Notes under the pieces: generated by a model
What the model saw: the letters and a program-made list of their open reading frames with translations, nothing else
What the model was told of the DNA's origin: nothing
Database searches by the model: none
Shown: positions 53,008-64,000 of the stretch, piece by piece
How the letters are laid out: each line of letters opens with the position of its first letter
Numbering within the stretch: position 1 is the first letter of the stretch
Position numbers and translations under genes: made by a program
NCBI RefSeq assembly: GCF_029227915.1
Contig: NC_079880.1
Coordinates: forward strand, 19,579,855-19,643,854
DNA length: 64,000 bases
Source of the DNA: Hydractinia symbiolongicarpus
Lineage: Eukaryota
Direction: 5' to 3'

Positions 53008-53239
53008 ATGACGTCATCCGATACTGAACAAGATGACAAGGGAAAAACGCCCAACAAATTATTGCAACTACCCATGGCTCGTGTGAAAACCATCATGCGA
53101 AGTAGTCCTGATCTCGGCAATGTTAGCCAAGAAGGTTATTACATGATCACTAAAGCCACAGAGCTTTTCGTGCAGTATTTGGCACAGAAAGCCTATGCTG
53201 GTGCACAGAAGGAGAATTTTGTGGATTACAATTCTTTGT
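53008..53239 (+). CDS. CHRAC1: CHRAC1 (chromatin accessibility complex 15/17-kDa histone-fold subunit) exon 1
   Basis: Peptide MTSSDTEQDDKGKTPNKLLQLPMARVKTIMRSSPDLGNVSQEGYYMITKATELFVQYLAQKAYAGAQKENFVDYNSL matches human LPLSRIRVIMKSSPEVSSINQEALVLTAKATELFVQCLATYSYRHGSGKEKKVLTYSDL. Donor GTAAGT, phase 1. Confidence 0.85.
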
Positions 53240-54138
53240 GTAAGTACCAATCGTGTTTTCGTTTAAATTTTTTTTTCTTAGAAATGTTAACCTTAAAAAC
53301 TACAGTTTATAAGAAGTAAGTAAGATCAGCCATATCTTTCAAGTTATTAAAAAATCTACCATCATGCTGAGTGAACATACTCAACAGAAGGTCCTTGTGC
53401 AAAAAAAAACTTTTAATTGAAGAATAAATTTAGAATAAATGGCGCCTAAAATGTAAAACCTTGAGTCTTAATAAAAGTATACTTTTTATAAAAATAGAGT
53501 ATATTTAGAAAAAAATTTGATTACCTTTATTTTTTATTTGCAAATGGAGAGCCTGGTTTTGGCCTACAACCTATTGTAATTTGTTTTGCTATTCCAATTT
53601 GAGAGTTTCGTTACTTCAGCTTTTCGTGTTGTTAGATTTTATTAACTCCTCCCTTAAATTCTCTAAAGTCCTCTTTTTTTGAAAAACCTATTGTTCACTA
53701 AAAATTGTAAAAAATGTGACCAAATTTCCTATTTAACTCCTTTAATTTTTTTTTCAGGTACACTAATAATAGTTTAATTTGTTATAGTGATACAAGTTCC
53801 ATCATGTTAGCAACACGTCACTCATCAAAGGCTTTATTTCAATTGTTCTAAATTATTTGTTCTGAAAGTAATACTTCCCAAACATATTTGTTCTTAAGAA
53901 AACCGAAGATTTAAAAAAAAACTTCGTCCTATAAAAGAATCTATTTTTCTTCAAAATTTTTTATTTTTGCAAATAATCCTCTGAATTCAGTGCAAAATTT
54001 CCTTTAAAATCTTATCTCCTTAAAAAAATTTTCTTGGAAAAAGAAATTTCTTTTGCCACCCAGAAAATTCGCCCTAACTGACTAATTTTTGAAAGAATAT
54101 TTGTCTTGCGAAACAAACTTCCTTTTTTTTCTTTTCAG

Positions 54139-54180
54139 CCAAATTAGTTCAAACGGATGAAAGTCTCGAATTTTTAGAAG
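54139..54180 (+). CDS. CHRAC1: CHRAC1 exon 2
   Basis: Acceptor tttttcttttcag, donor GTATGT. Peptide (S)KLVQTDESLEFLE matches human ANTAQQSETFQFLAD. Confidence 0.75.
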
Positions 54181-54548
54181 GTATGTGTTTGAACAATATA
54201 GTGTGTAGCTAAGTCAAACCAAGATGATAAATTTTAACGACGGTCCCCCCTTAAGCACTACAGCATCTGCTAAATGATTTTATTAGAGACACAGATTTGG
54301 TTTTGGCTTATCTTCTTAAGTCGGGTGTAATCCCAAACCGAGTTGACATATCCTTGCTAATTGTTTTATTTTGACAAAGATCTCTCTCCTTTGCTAGTCC
54401 TGTATCTTGTATCCTGTATCATAACCGTGTATTACGTATGTTGTTTCATAATCCTTGTTTTATATATCCTGTCTCGTTTGGGATCTTTATCGCGTGTCCT
54501 TATGTTCAAGTTACTATAACATGATCGCATGTCGTTGTTATGTTTCAG

Positions 54549-54781
54549 AAATCGTGCCACCGAAAATCAAAGCATGGGAATACTGGAAAAAAATCGGATA
54601 TTCGCCGGAGAAGGAAGAAAAAACGAAGAAATCTCCTCCAAAGAAAGTGACAACACCATCCACAAAAAGTCCGCGAGAAAACACGACGAAAAGTCCGCGC
54701 GAAAACACAACGAAAAGCCCGACAGTTAAATCTCCGAGCGGTGAAAAGCCTATAGCAATGGAGACGATTGTAATAGATTAA
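54549..54781 (+). CDS. CHRAC1: CHRAC1 exon 3 (stop TAA 54779-54781)
   Basis: Acceptor tgtttcag. Peptide (E)IVPPKIKAWEYWKK.. matches human ILPKKILASKYLKM. It continues into a Lys/Ser-rich tail with KSPRENTT repeats. Confidence 0.75.
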
Positions 54782-56162
54782 AGACGATTATCATCGATTA
54801 ATAATGATTCTACGATTAAAGACTGTAACGTCCAACCATTCAAAAAATGTTTTTTCGCGTGAACTCGATGGGTAACCCCTACATGATACGAAAACGTTTC
54901 ACTTTGTATAGAAATATATTAATGTGTGCGCAATAAAATCCCAACTTTATACAAGAAAGTTTCATACTTATAACAAATTTTGAAGTGACAAGTTTATACC
55001 GTTGTAGCACATTTGTAAGGGAGTATTTATTTATTCAAACAAAATAAATTATCATACTTACTGAACACTATCTTTTACTTTTTGTCTTTTACTTAAGAAC
55101 CTGACAGTCCTGTTTTCCAGGGTAGAGAACCTACCATATGATAGCCATAGCTTGCAAGGCCATCATACATTGCTTAAAAGAGATATCGATTAAAACCAGC
55201 TCGGGACGTATTTTTATTGTAGCAGATTTAACGGTTTAATAAAAGTACAGATGTACAGATCTGTCAATAAAAAGCATTGATTCGAAATATTAGGTGTGGT
55301 CTGGATTTAATCGAAATATAATTTCGTTATGTTACAAAAAAAACAAGAAAACGCGATTTTTATTTACCGCGAAAATTTCACATGAATAGCACGGAAACGC
55401 TGTTAGAGCAACACAACGTTGCAAGCTGTATACCTTATCGGAGAAAGAAAAAACCAATACGTTGGAAAATGTAGTTTTAGTCCTAATGCACAGAATTAGT
55501 CAATTTCCCTGGCTAAAGTTGGGTCACGGGTAAATATATCTGATTGTTAAAGTAGAAGAAAATATCGCTAATGTGTAATGTATGGTATTTTTGTCTTTTG
55601 TTATCTTTATTTAAAGTTCATTAGTTAATATAAAAACTAGTCAATTGGTTGGAGTATGGGGTAGAATTGAAACATTTTCATAAAGAATACACCGGTGGGT
55701 AGTAAGATAATTATTTGCAGAAAAAAAATATTACTGTTATTTCTGCTGACTTGGTTACTATGAAATTTCTGAATCTTGAGCATTTGAAGAAAGTTTCGGG
55801 AAAATCTAGTGATCCGCAAAAATGTATTCCGCAAAATAAAGCATTTTGGCACCACTCATCACTCACAAAAGTATTTTATGAATGAGTGGTGTCTAAGGCA
55901 GTAACATTACAGAACTCTTTCTGTACCACCTCACAAATAAAAAATAATTATTTACTCATATAATATGTAATTACTAGTCGGTGGCCCATGGAAAATCCAC
56001 GTGTTTACCTTTCCTTTTTAATACCCAATTGCGTGCGCCTCGCTACTTGCGGTACCACTTTGCGTGACGACAGACAGACAGACAGACAGACGTACACGGG
56101 TATTATAATAGACTAGTCGTTAACCCGGTAAAAAATTCACGGGGTCGCCCGTCCTTTATATA

Positions 56163-56440
56163 TCACATTTCGTGTTTCCATAACAGGTCGCGTCTTTCGC
56201 GTCTGTCCTTTAAATTTACCCGTAGCAACAAAGTGGATAAAAGCATATAGCATTCGATTTTCGTGCGTATTTTAAAAATTCGTGTTTCCGTAATAGGACG
56301 CGTCTTTCGCGGACAGGCAGACGGAATACGCCTATTTTTAAAGAGATAAAAGCCCGTAGATTTACATTTCGTGTTTCCACGATTATTTTTTCTCGCACAA
56401 ACAGACAAACGGAATACGGCTTTTATTAAAGAGATGTTAA
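56163..56440. repeat. Satellite-like tandem array, ~90-115-bp unit x3
   Basis: Units begin at ~56163, ~56279 and ~56366. Each carries TTCGTGTTTCC..CGCGTCTTTCGCG..ACGGAATACG. A (CAGA)5 run lies at 56071-56092, flanked by related ~45-bp direct repeats starting ACTAGTCG. Confidence 0.75.
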
Positions 56441-56988
56441 TATATAATGAAATCAACAGACTATCTTTTATATTATGCCAAAACTTATTCTGAAACATAT
56501 CGAGTATTGCGATTCCATCCTAAGTATTTATTTTATTACACTGAAACTAAGATCTTGTCGTATGTTTTCCAATAAGAAACAGAGACATAAGACTTAGGTG
56601 GTATCAACTGTGAAATAATGAAAATGAAAAGACTATAAAATTTTAGGATAATTTCTTCTTAGTTAACTGCGATACTGAAAGATTGACAATGCCCGTTTAA
56701 TCATCTCAACGTAAATTTAGGTTAAAACTCCATCAACTGACTCGTGTTGAGCACTTTGTCCCACCGCTTTAACGTCAAAACTACTGTGCTGCTTAATGCT
56801 ACCAAACATAAACCGTCTATCTTGTCCTTACCCAACAACCGCGGCTCCAAACTTTGTGAAGCTGATGTCTTTTCAAAAAATGCGCCGCGCCGCAAAGACA
56901 TAAAAACAAAAGTGTATTTCCCATTAAAACCGTGAATACAAAAACGAAAATATTTATGCGTGTTTTTCATTCATTTGAGATTGCCCTC

Positions 56989-58859
56989 TTATTGGCAATA
57001 ACAATATTTTCTCATTCTTTTAACACATTTACTTTGTTTTTCATACAGAGTTAATCGACTAATATCGTTCTGAACGGTAAACGAGTTCAAAAATAAGTTA
57101 CGAGCTATTAACGCTTCGAATATCGCCTGACCAGGACGAGTTGTGATCATAACTCGATATTTCTTTACATTCGAGTCGTCGTTCTTCTCATACACCTCAC
57201 TAGCGTTTTGTATATAGTCTAAGTAAAGAATAGCGCATTTGTTTTTAAAAGAAGCTAAAATTTTATTGATATATTCAACCAGAAATTCACTCGCCATCCG
57301 TATTACATCAAGTTTGGTCGATCGACTTATCATTTGGTAACACGTGCAATAGTGGTCAGGTATACCAGCATTGAAACAAGTCCTGTTCGGAGATATTTTA
57401 TAAAACAAACTTTTGTGACGGACATTGTTTTTACGTTGATTCCCGTTGTAATTTTTTTGTGCTATGTCTAACAAAGTTTCGTGAATATCAAAGGGGGTCA
57501 CCAACCGTTGTGTGTTTTCTAGTAATGCGTTGTAAACACTTGTATGTTTATTTCGAAACCATTTTGGTAAAGTTATAGACAAAAACGGTAATCTTTCCTC
57601 ATAATAACCAACTTGAGATTGCCTAACTTTCCCATACCGTGCTCCATGATCGCCAAGTAAAAATAGTATTGTTTTATTTAAACTACCACTCAGGTGGAGA
57701 GCGCGTAAAAACTTTCTCATCATGTTATCCGCCATTTCTATTCCGTTTTCCTCGTCATGTCCAACGCGACTATAGAAATCGTAAAAAAATAATCTTTGTT
57801 TTTGTTTATGTTTCATTGCGATTCGTTTAGCGATATCTAATTGGAGTTTCATGATTGGTTTATTACCAAAACAGTAGCGGTTTGTATACTTTCTCAGTCT
57901 CTGTTGACGTAGAAAAAACGGCCGAAAATAATAATCAAAAGGTTCGGCTTTTAAAAATCCTTTTTTGTTGTATTCGAATAAACCCAAGTAGGGAGTATCT
58001 TCCAAAAATGCAACGTTATAACCTAATGTTCTGTAATCATTCCAAATAAAAGAAGAAAAATTGTCAAAATAGTTCTCACTTATTTTAAATCCTTTAAATT
58101 CATCCTTCATGTTCGCTTGTTGTCTTCCAGATCGTTTGCCGGTTAATAGAGGCATCACGTTTACAAAGGTATTGTCCGCGACTTTGTTATACTTTTTAAA
58201 GATAACCGAGTCCAATTTGTTTTGCATGTAGCGTAGTGTCGATTTCATATGCCGCAAAAAACGAGAACTGGACATACTTTCTAAGAATAAAATATAAACA
58301 GAAAGTTGATCGTCATTTGGAGGAGTTTTAGGTTCTTTGAGAGCGTGTGGGAATGCATGCAAGTTAAAATAAATCATTCGTTTTTTATCAAAACATTTCA
58401 CTTGAACCATATCATGACGCGGAAAGGAAACTGGTAATTCCGTGAGCTTATTATACAACCCATCAACAATCACATCTTTCCCGCCAAATCCCTTTGCTAT
58501 TGTTTTCCACTTGCAACTTATTGGACCGTATTTCTGTTCATAATTTATTTTTACAGTAGTGTTTATTAATATGTGCCCATCCTCGCTCAAGTACGTCAAC
58601 TCAGGCTGGACTTGTTTACATGGAAACTTTCGAGGGTGTTTTATAAAAGCCTTGATCGATTCATCAAATGGATCGAGGTACGGTGGAGAACACGCATCTG
58701 CCAAAGTGTTTTTATTCTCTAAAATATATGGCGCTCCTTCATTGAGGTTATTTGTGTTATTTGCTACAAGACTATGCAACTTGTCTTCAGTATGTTCTTC
58801 TGAAATTGAACTTTTTTTATTCTCATATATACCACCCACAACATTTTGCGTTAACTGAT
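56989..58859 (-). CDS. DUF229-family protein (alkaline-phosphatase-like superfamily) exon 2
   Basis: A 622-codon open frame. Acceptor tgatatttag at 58860-58869. Family-typical motifs: LFLLGDHGARYG, CFGNKP, PLLTGK. Confidence 0.8.
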
Positions 58860-59337
58860 CTAAATATCAAACACGAAAATTCAGTAAAACTTGCTAGCTA
58901 GTAAAACTCTTTTTTATACAAGAACAAACTATATAAGAAGAACTGAAATGCTCCTTTAAACTTCAAAAAAAAAAGGTAAGAAAAAGGAAGAAGCTAAGAA
59001 CATTTTAAGGCTTAAAATTAAAAAAAGTTAAGAATGAGAATCAAGTTGAGTGTTTAAATATAAAAAAACATCTCAATTTTGTTTCCTGGGCATTTTGCCT
59101 TGTTGATGAAGTTGATGGCCACGCCGCAATAAAGGCCCAGGAGCCACAAGACCCTGGAGACGAGGTTGAAAATGTCTACAATCTATACAACTCATCAGAA
59201 TACCTACGAGTTTCATGATTTAAAATCCTTTGTACTAAGGACTTAACGGATTAACCTTACCCCTCTGGTAGATATAACCCAATTTGTAAACAGAAAAACA
59301 AATGTTTTGTTGTGGACTACTGAAGTTAACAACGTAC

Positions 59338-59470
59338 CTGATGGAAACACGTGGTCAATGACGCCATATTTTGTTACCAGAAAAAGCATGAACATGAAAC
59401 TTGACACAATTATAGATATTTTCCAAAACGTCGTTCGTAAAACCATGATGCTTCCACGTCCTATATACAC
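59338..59470 (-). CDS. DUF229-family protein exon 1 (N-terminal signal/TM anchor)
   Basis: Peptide MYIGRGSIMVLRTTFWKISIIVSSFMFMLFLVTKYGVIDHVFPS has a hydrophobic stretch. Donor GTACGT, phase 1, joins exon 2 in frame (..FPS-D-QLTQNVVGGIYEN..). Confidence 0.55.
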
Positions 59471-62015
59471 AATAGTACGTAGACATTTGTAGAGATATCG
59501 CCTATTTCCAGCTGAGTAAACTCCCTATCAACTGAATAGGGTGTATAAAACTTAACTAACTTAGATGGCATTTTTTATTTTTTTAAAAATAAAAATGTAT
59601 GAAAAAAACGTCCACGTATTTTTATTTTTAAAGTTTTTTTATGTCAATACAGAAATGTCAGCTTTTTTCTTCTAAAAACAGTTATGTTCTAATTACAAGT
59701 TTTTAATGTTCATAACACACAAGAGATTAATCTCGCTTTATTAAACAATAGAAATAGCAACCTCCTTACCAGACTCCAGCCATTATTTAACGGGTGTTTA
59801 AAAAATGGCAGTTTACTCTCTGTTTTTTTGTCAAGTAAATAATTTTTTAAAGATTTTAACGTAAATTACATACAAAAAGCGATTTAAATGTAAGCTATAG
59901 GTCTTAACATGAACGTTCTCTGCGCTCGCTTAAACTTTCTGCACGATATGATGTCATTATTTATAATCGGGTCCAGTCCTAAATGAAATCGCGCCTGTCT
60001 GTTTTAATAGGAAAAAAAGAATATTCGAAGAGTTGTACAACAATTTTAAATAAAAAAAAACAAGTGAGGTAAGTTTTTTTTGATTTCTTATGCTTTTCTG
60101 AGTACGTATAAAACAAAAAAGAAAAAAGTGATTTTTACTGGAGTTTCTCTTTAACTTTTACAAAAAAAATTAAAAACTCGGATCTTCATGTTCTAAGCTT
60201 ATTATGTTGAAAAGGAAAAATAGTCTTTTAAGACGGGAATCAAACTTTTAAGATGGAATTTCCTCTTAACACTACAACGTCTTAAATTTATTATTGGATT
60301 CTCGCAATAAAAAAATTGTTTACTGATTAAAAAAATATTGTTCAGCTTGTAAGTGTCTCAAACATGTTTACATATTGTACTATACACACATGCTACCTGG
60401 TAAACGAGTCTCTGCAACCTTGTCTCCACGGTTTTATATCCAAATGTTAAGAAAACTAACAACCCCTGGGGACGAGTGAAGGCAGTTCAACATCATAAAT
60501 TGAAATTCAACATAACGATTGCAGATTTGGTGGCACAGCGCGCCGTTTTAAACTTGGTGGTATAGTGCGCCACTTTGTTGCCAATAGTAAAGACGGGTAC
60601 AATACAACCTTGTCCGCAAGCTCCTTGGGTTAAAAATCGATAAAACTAAGATAAGATTAAAAATAATACTCTTTTATGAAAAGTACGAGGTTTATTGGCA
60701 ATTACTTAGTTACGGAACGTTGCGCAAGGTGCGTGTACGGAAGACTACACAAGGTCGTGCAAACCCTCTTGGCAAACGCCCCTCAGTATAAAATCCTCAG
60801 TATAAAACCTCTCGAACTTCTTCATCAAATTCAATTCAAAAACAAAGAGCGTAACGTAAATAGAAAGACAAAAAAAATTTATCTCATTAAGAAAACTTAC
60901 GATGAGAATTTTAAAGAATTTAGACAGTAAAATAAAAGTTGAGGATAAAGTACCACAAAATTAGATTTACCACGCAGAGTATTCTTAAGCTAGCATCTCA
61001 AAAAAAAAAAGTTCAAATTAGGATTTCTGTCAACCGCCGTAAATTAATGGCGGGGCTTGGGTCTTTAGGGGTCCGCAAAATGCGCGGGACTGGAACAATG
61101 ATAATTTCGACACTACGGTGTCATCTGAACCCCCGTGGTATATGCCTATACATGCAATGCTTCTGAAAACAATAGAAAACATGGTAGATTACACACACAC
61201 TATGCTAAACTTTGTTTACAATTTAAAGATTCTCCTTTTCCTCAATGTCAAATGAACAGCAAGAAATGAGAGTGTTCCACCGTGTTACTTTCGCCGATAC
61301 AAACCAGCCATGATTGCCGAGAAATCGTCCCCACGTAGCGAATGATGGAAATAGTCATCTCTAACACAAATTTTCTAGTGAGTATAAATTATCTAGCTCA
61401 CCCAAATAGTACCGTTGTTGCTGCCTTGCGAAAAAATAGATAAAATTGCACCAAAGCTGCGCTCAAAAATTTAACTCTATCACAAAAACCCTGAATAATA
61501 TTGCCCTATTAGCGCCCTAACCAACTGATAACAAGCCGCCCTCAGGCGGTCCAAAATTTTAGTTATACTTTAAAGTTCTTCAGCACAATCATAGACATAA
61601 TAATAAACACAGATGTATAATACAATCTACATCATCGCAACAAACGGCCAAAAAAGATCTTGTCTAACATTTAAACTTATTGCAGAGAAACTGCTAGTGG
61701 TGCGCACAATTGGCAGGCTGGCGCGTTTCTTCTAGGTTTTAGTGTGCATGAAAATGCAAACAAAAATAACAGTTTTGATTTCTTTTAACAAAAAGATTAC
61801 AAATAGAATATTTACAAAAATTATTTATGAAAAATTGACAATCTGAGTGTTTGTTTACCTTTAATGTCGCCATTTTCTTTCGATGCTTTTGTTTACACGA
61901 TGCCGTTTTAGTATTGGGAGTAAATTCAATTCACGGAATTATTTTGTTTCGCATATCAGAGAGGCCGAGTTAAATGTGGACAGACACCCTATCAGGTTCG
62001 AGATTAGACTTTAGC

Positions 62016-62175
62016 CGCAACGTGTAAGCATGGTTTAAAAGAAATATTCGCAACCTGTGAACATGTTTAAAAGAAATATTCGCAACGTGTGAACATGGTT
62101 TAAAAGAAATATTCGCAACGTGTGAACATGGTTTAAAAGAAATATCCGCAACGTGTGAACATGGTCTAAAAGACA
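62016..62175. repeat. Tandem repeat, 33-bp unit x~4.8 (GCAACGTGTGAACATGGTTTAAAAGAAATATTC)
   Basis: A direct head-to-tail array 120 bp downstream of the COMMD2 stop. It generates the spurious ORF 61970-62176. Confidence 0.85.
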
Positions 62176-62294
62176 AGCAACATAAGTTTTATTCGTTGTA
62201 GGTGGTATCGTAAGTGACCACAGAAATGGTTTTAGACTGATAATTTTACCAACAGGTCAGAAAGAAAAACAAAAACAAAAAACACAAACAGTTA

Positions 62295-62894
62295 CTATTT
62301 TATATTTCTCGTGATTCGTCGACAGTGAGCCGACTTGATTTCAGCTAGTGCTCCCTCCAACACCTGCGTCATATGTAATAAATTCACTGGATCCGTTTGC
62401 AGCACTTTAATGTCTTCTTTGACTCCGTTTTTCAAATGGAACTTCATCATAATTTTCGGAACGGTTTGACAAGATAACGAACGGCTAGCTAGTTGCACAT
62501 CAAACCGCCACTCCAAATCGTCATAATGCGGCAGCACTAGAGACATGTCGTCAAGGATACCACGAATTTTGTCTCGATTATCCAGATAAAATTCTAATAA
62601 ACAATCGTTTAACTCTTGTGACAAACCAACGGCTAAAACCGAGTCTTTAAAATCTACCTCGTTTATCTCGAGTTTCGCACATTCTGATAAAATATGCATG
62701 ATGGCTTCGACACTTTCACGTATTAGCCTCGCTTCCAAACTTAACTTCTGCGCGGCTGTGTGATACTTTTTCATATTGACGCCATTTTTGATAAAATCGA
62801 CGGCGATCCGACAAAACTCTTTCGCTACCTCTTCATCGACATTAGAGAGCAGAGCAAGATGTTCTTTTTGGTCATCGTTCAGAACCAATAGCAT
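62295..62894 (-). CDS. COMMD2: COMM domain-containing protein 2 (COMMD2) homolog, single coding exon
   Basis: 199 aa. MLLVLNDDQKEHLALL.. matches human COMMD2 MLLELSEEHKEHLAFL. LEWRFDVQLASRSL matches NLEWRLDVQLASRSL. VLQTDPVNLLHMTQVLEGALAEIKSAHCRRITRNIK matches VLQTDPATLLHLVQQLEQALEEMKTNHCRRVVRNIK. Confidence 0.85.
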   Translation of the reverse strand: MLLVLNDDQKEHLALLSNVDEEVAKEFCRIAVDFIKNGVNMKKYHTAAQKLSLEARLIRESVEAIMHILSECAKLEINEVDFKDSVLAVGLSQELNDCLLEFYLDNRDKIRGILDDMSLVLPHYDDLEWRFDVQLASRSLSCQTVPKIMMKFHLKNGVKEDIKVLQTDPVNLLHMTQVLEGALAEIKSAHCRRITRNIK

Positions 62895-64000
62895 TGCTTA
62901 CAGAATTAAAACGAACCAATCAAAACTGTTAATTTTTCTATTAAAAAAAATTAGAAATGAAATTATGAAATTTCTTACGCATGGTATTGATCTATCAAGC
63001 ATAAAAAAAATAAAATTGAGCAAAATACTGGGTACAAAGTTGATAAATTTCAGTTAAAAATGCAATTCTGCACCATTATGCATGGTCAAACTTCCTGTTT
63101 ATGCATGGTCAAACTTCCTGTTTATGATATGTTGCATTTTTATTAACATACAAATATTGTAGTTACGTTACGGTACCATATAAAACTTATACTATAAAAA
63201 CAAAAAACAAAATAGATAAAATTTTAATCTTTACAATATCGTTTTTAAAATTCTAACACAATTATCATTATAAGGGTTAAACACGTGCATAACGAAAAAA
63301 AACTATCATTATTATATTCGAAATTTTGGGTGCGGTCTTCAAAAGGGTAAAACGTCACGTACATGAACGAACAAATTAAGAGGTCTGGGTAAAATTATTT
63401 GTAAACCAGTTAATTCAAAGCAAAAAAATTCCTTTTTTTATTAAAATTTAAAAAGAAAAATATTGTTTTTTTATTCCTTCGCTTTCTCTTTGTAAATTTT
63501 GAACAGTTTTTTTTAAATAAATTTGATGTAAAAAATATGTCCGTTAAACAAAATAAAAAAAAAGTCCAACATTCAAAACATCTAGCATAATTACAGTATA
63601 TATTCTTACGATACGTAAAAAATCGTCAAGTCTGGGCACTAAGTTGCAACGTACTCATTATCAGTCACATACAAACAGAGTGTAGAGTAAGGCTCATGAA
63701 ATGCTTCCCTTTAGTTTTCTAATCAAAACGATGGAGATGTTCGCTTAGGAAAACTCCTCTAGTCCGACGGTTTAGATTATAATGAATAAACCTCTTCTTA
63801 TTAATTAGCACTCTGGGGTGTCTTGTACCAGTGCGAAATAATATTAAAAAAACGGGAATATATAATATCCACATATTCAATAATTATCAATTATTATATT
63901 ATTAAAGTGAAAATTAAAAGAATTTAACTGAACGAAACAAAAAAGAATATTAGCAACAATAAAAAACCCATTGATGACATGAACCTTTCTGATTCAGCGA

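Noticed and set aside
56163-56498. 111-aa and 60-aa minus-strand ORFs.
   Set aside because: They lie inside the ~100-bp satellite-like array. The peptides are repetitive and low-complexity.
61970-62176. 68-aa minus-strand ORF (MSFRPCSHVADISFKPCSHV..).
   Set aside because: It is entirely an artefact of the 33-bp tandem repeat.

Overview
This window is eukaryotic nuclear DNA, AT-rich and probably from an invertebrate metazoan, with GT-AG spliceosomal introns, microsatellites and interspersed repeats. There is no prokaryotic gene structure and no CRISPR array. By reading splice sites and checking exon phases I reconstructed five conserved protein-coding genes. (1) A ~25-exon exocyst complex component 3 (EXOC3/Sec6) homolog on the minus strand, spanning ~16702 down to ~3330. 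(2) A TMCC-family (transmembrane and coiled-coil) gene on the plus strand, ~43307-51520, with at least 14 exons. (3) A 3-exon CHRAC1 (histone-fold, CHRAC-15/17) homolog on the plus strand at 53008-54781. (4) A 2-exon DUF229 (alkaline-phosphatase-like superfamily) gene on the minus strand at 56989-59470. (5) A single-exon COMMD2 homolog on the minus strand at 62295-62894. Between the gene clusters lies a nearly intact APE-type non-LTR retrotransposon (LINE ORF2, 25871-29419). It has an N-terminal 2A-like NPGP motif, a PHD-like zinc finger, endonuclease and RT domains, three in-frame nonsense codons and an (ATT)n tail. Other repeats include two copies of a tRNA-derived SINE, a Harbinger-like MITE (TTA target-site duplication, 16-bp terminal inverted repeats) inside an EXOC3 intron, a second terminal-inverted-repeat-bounded element, several minisatellites and satellite-like tandem arrays, and an intronic 94-nt hairpin. 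All identifications come from reading the sequence and recalling protein families. No database search was run.
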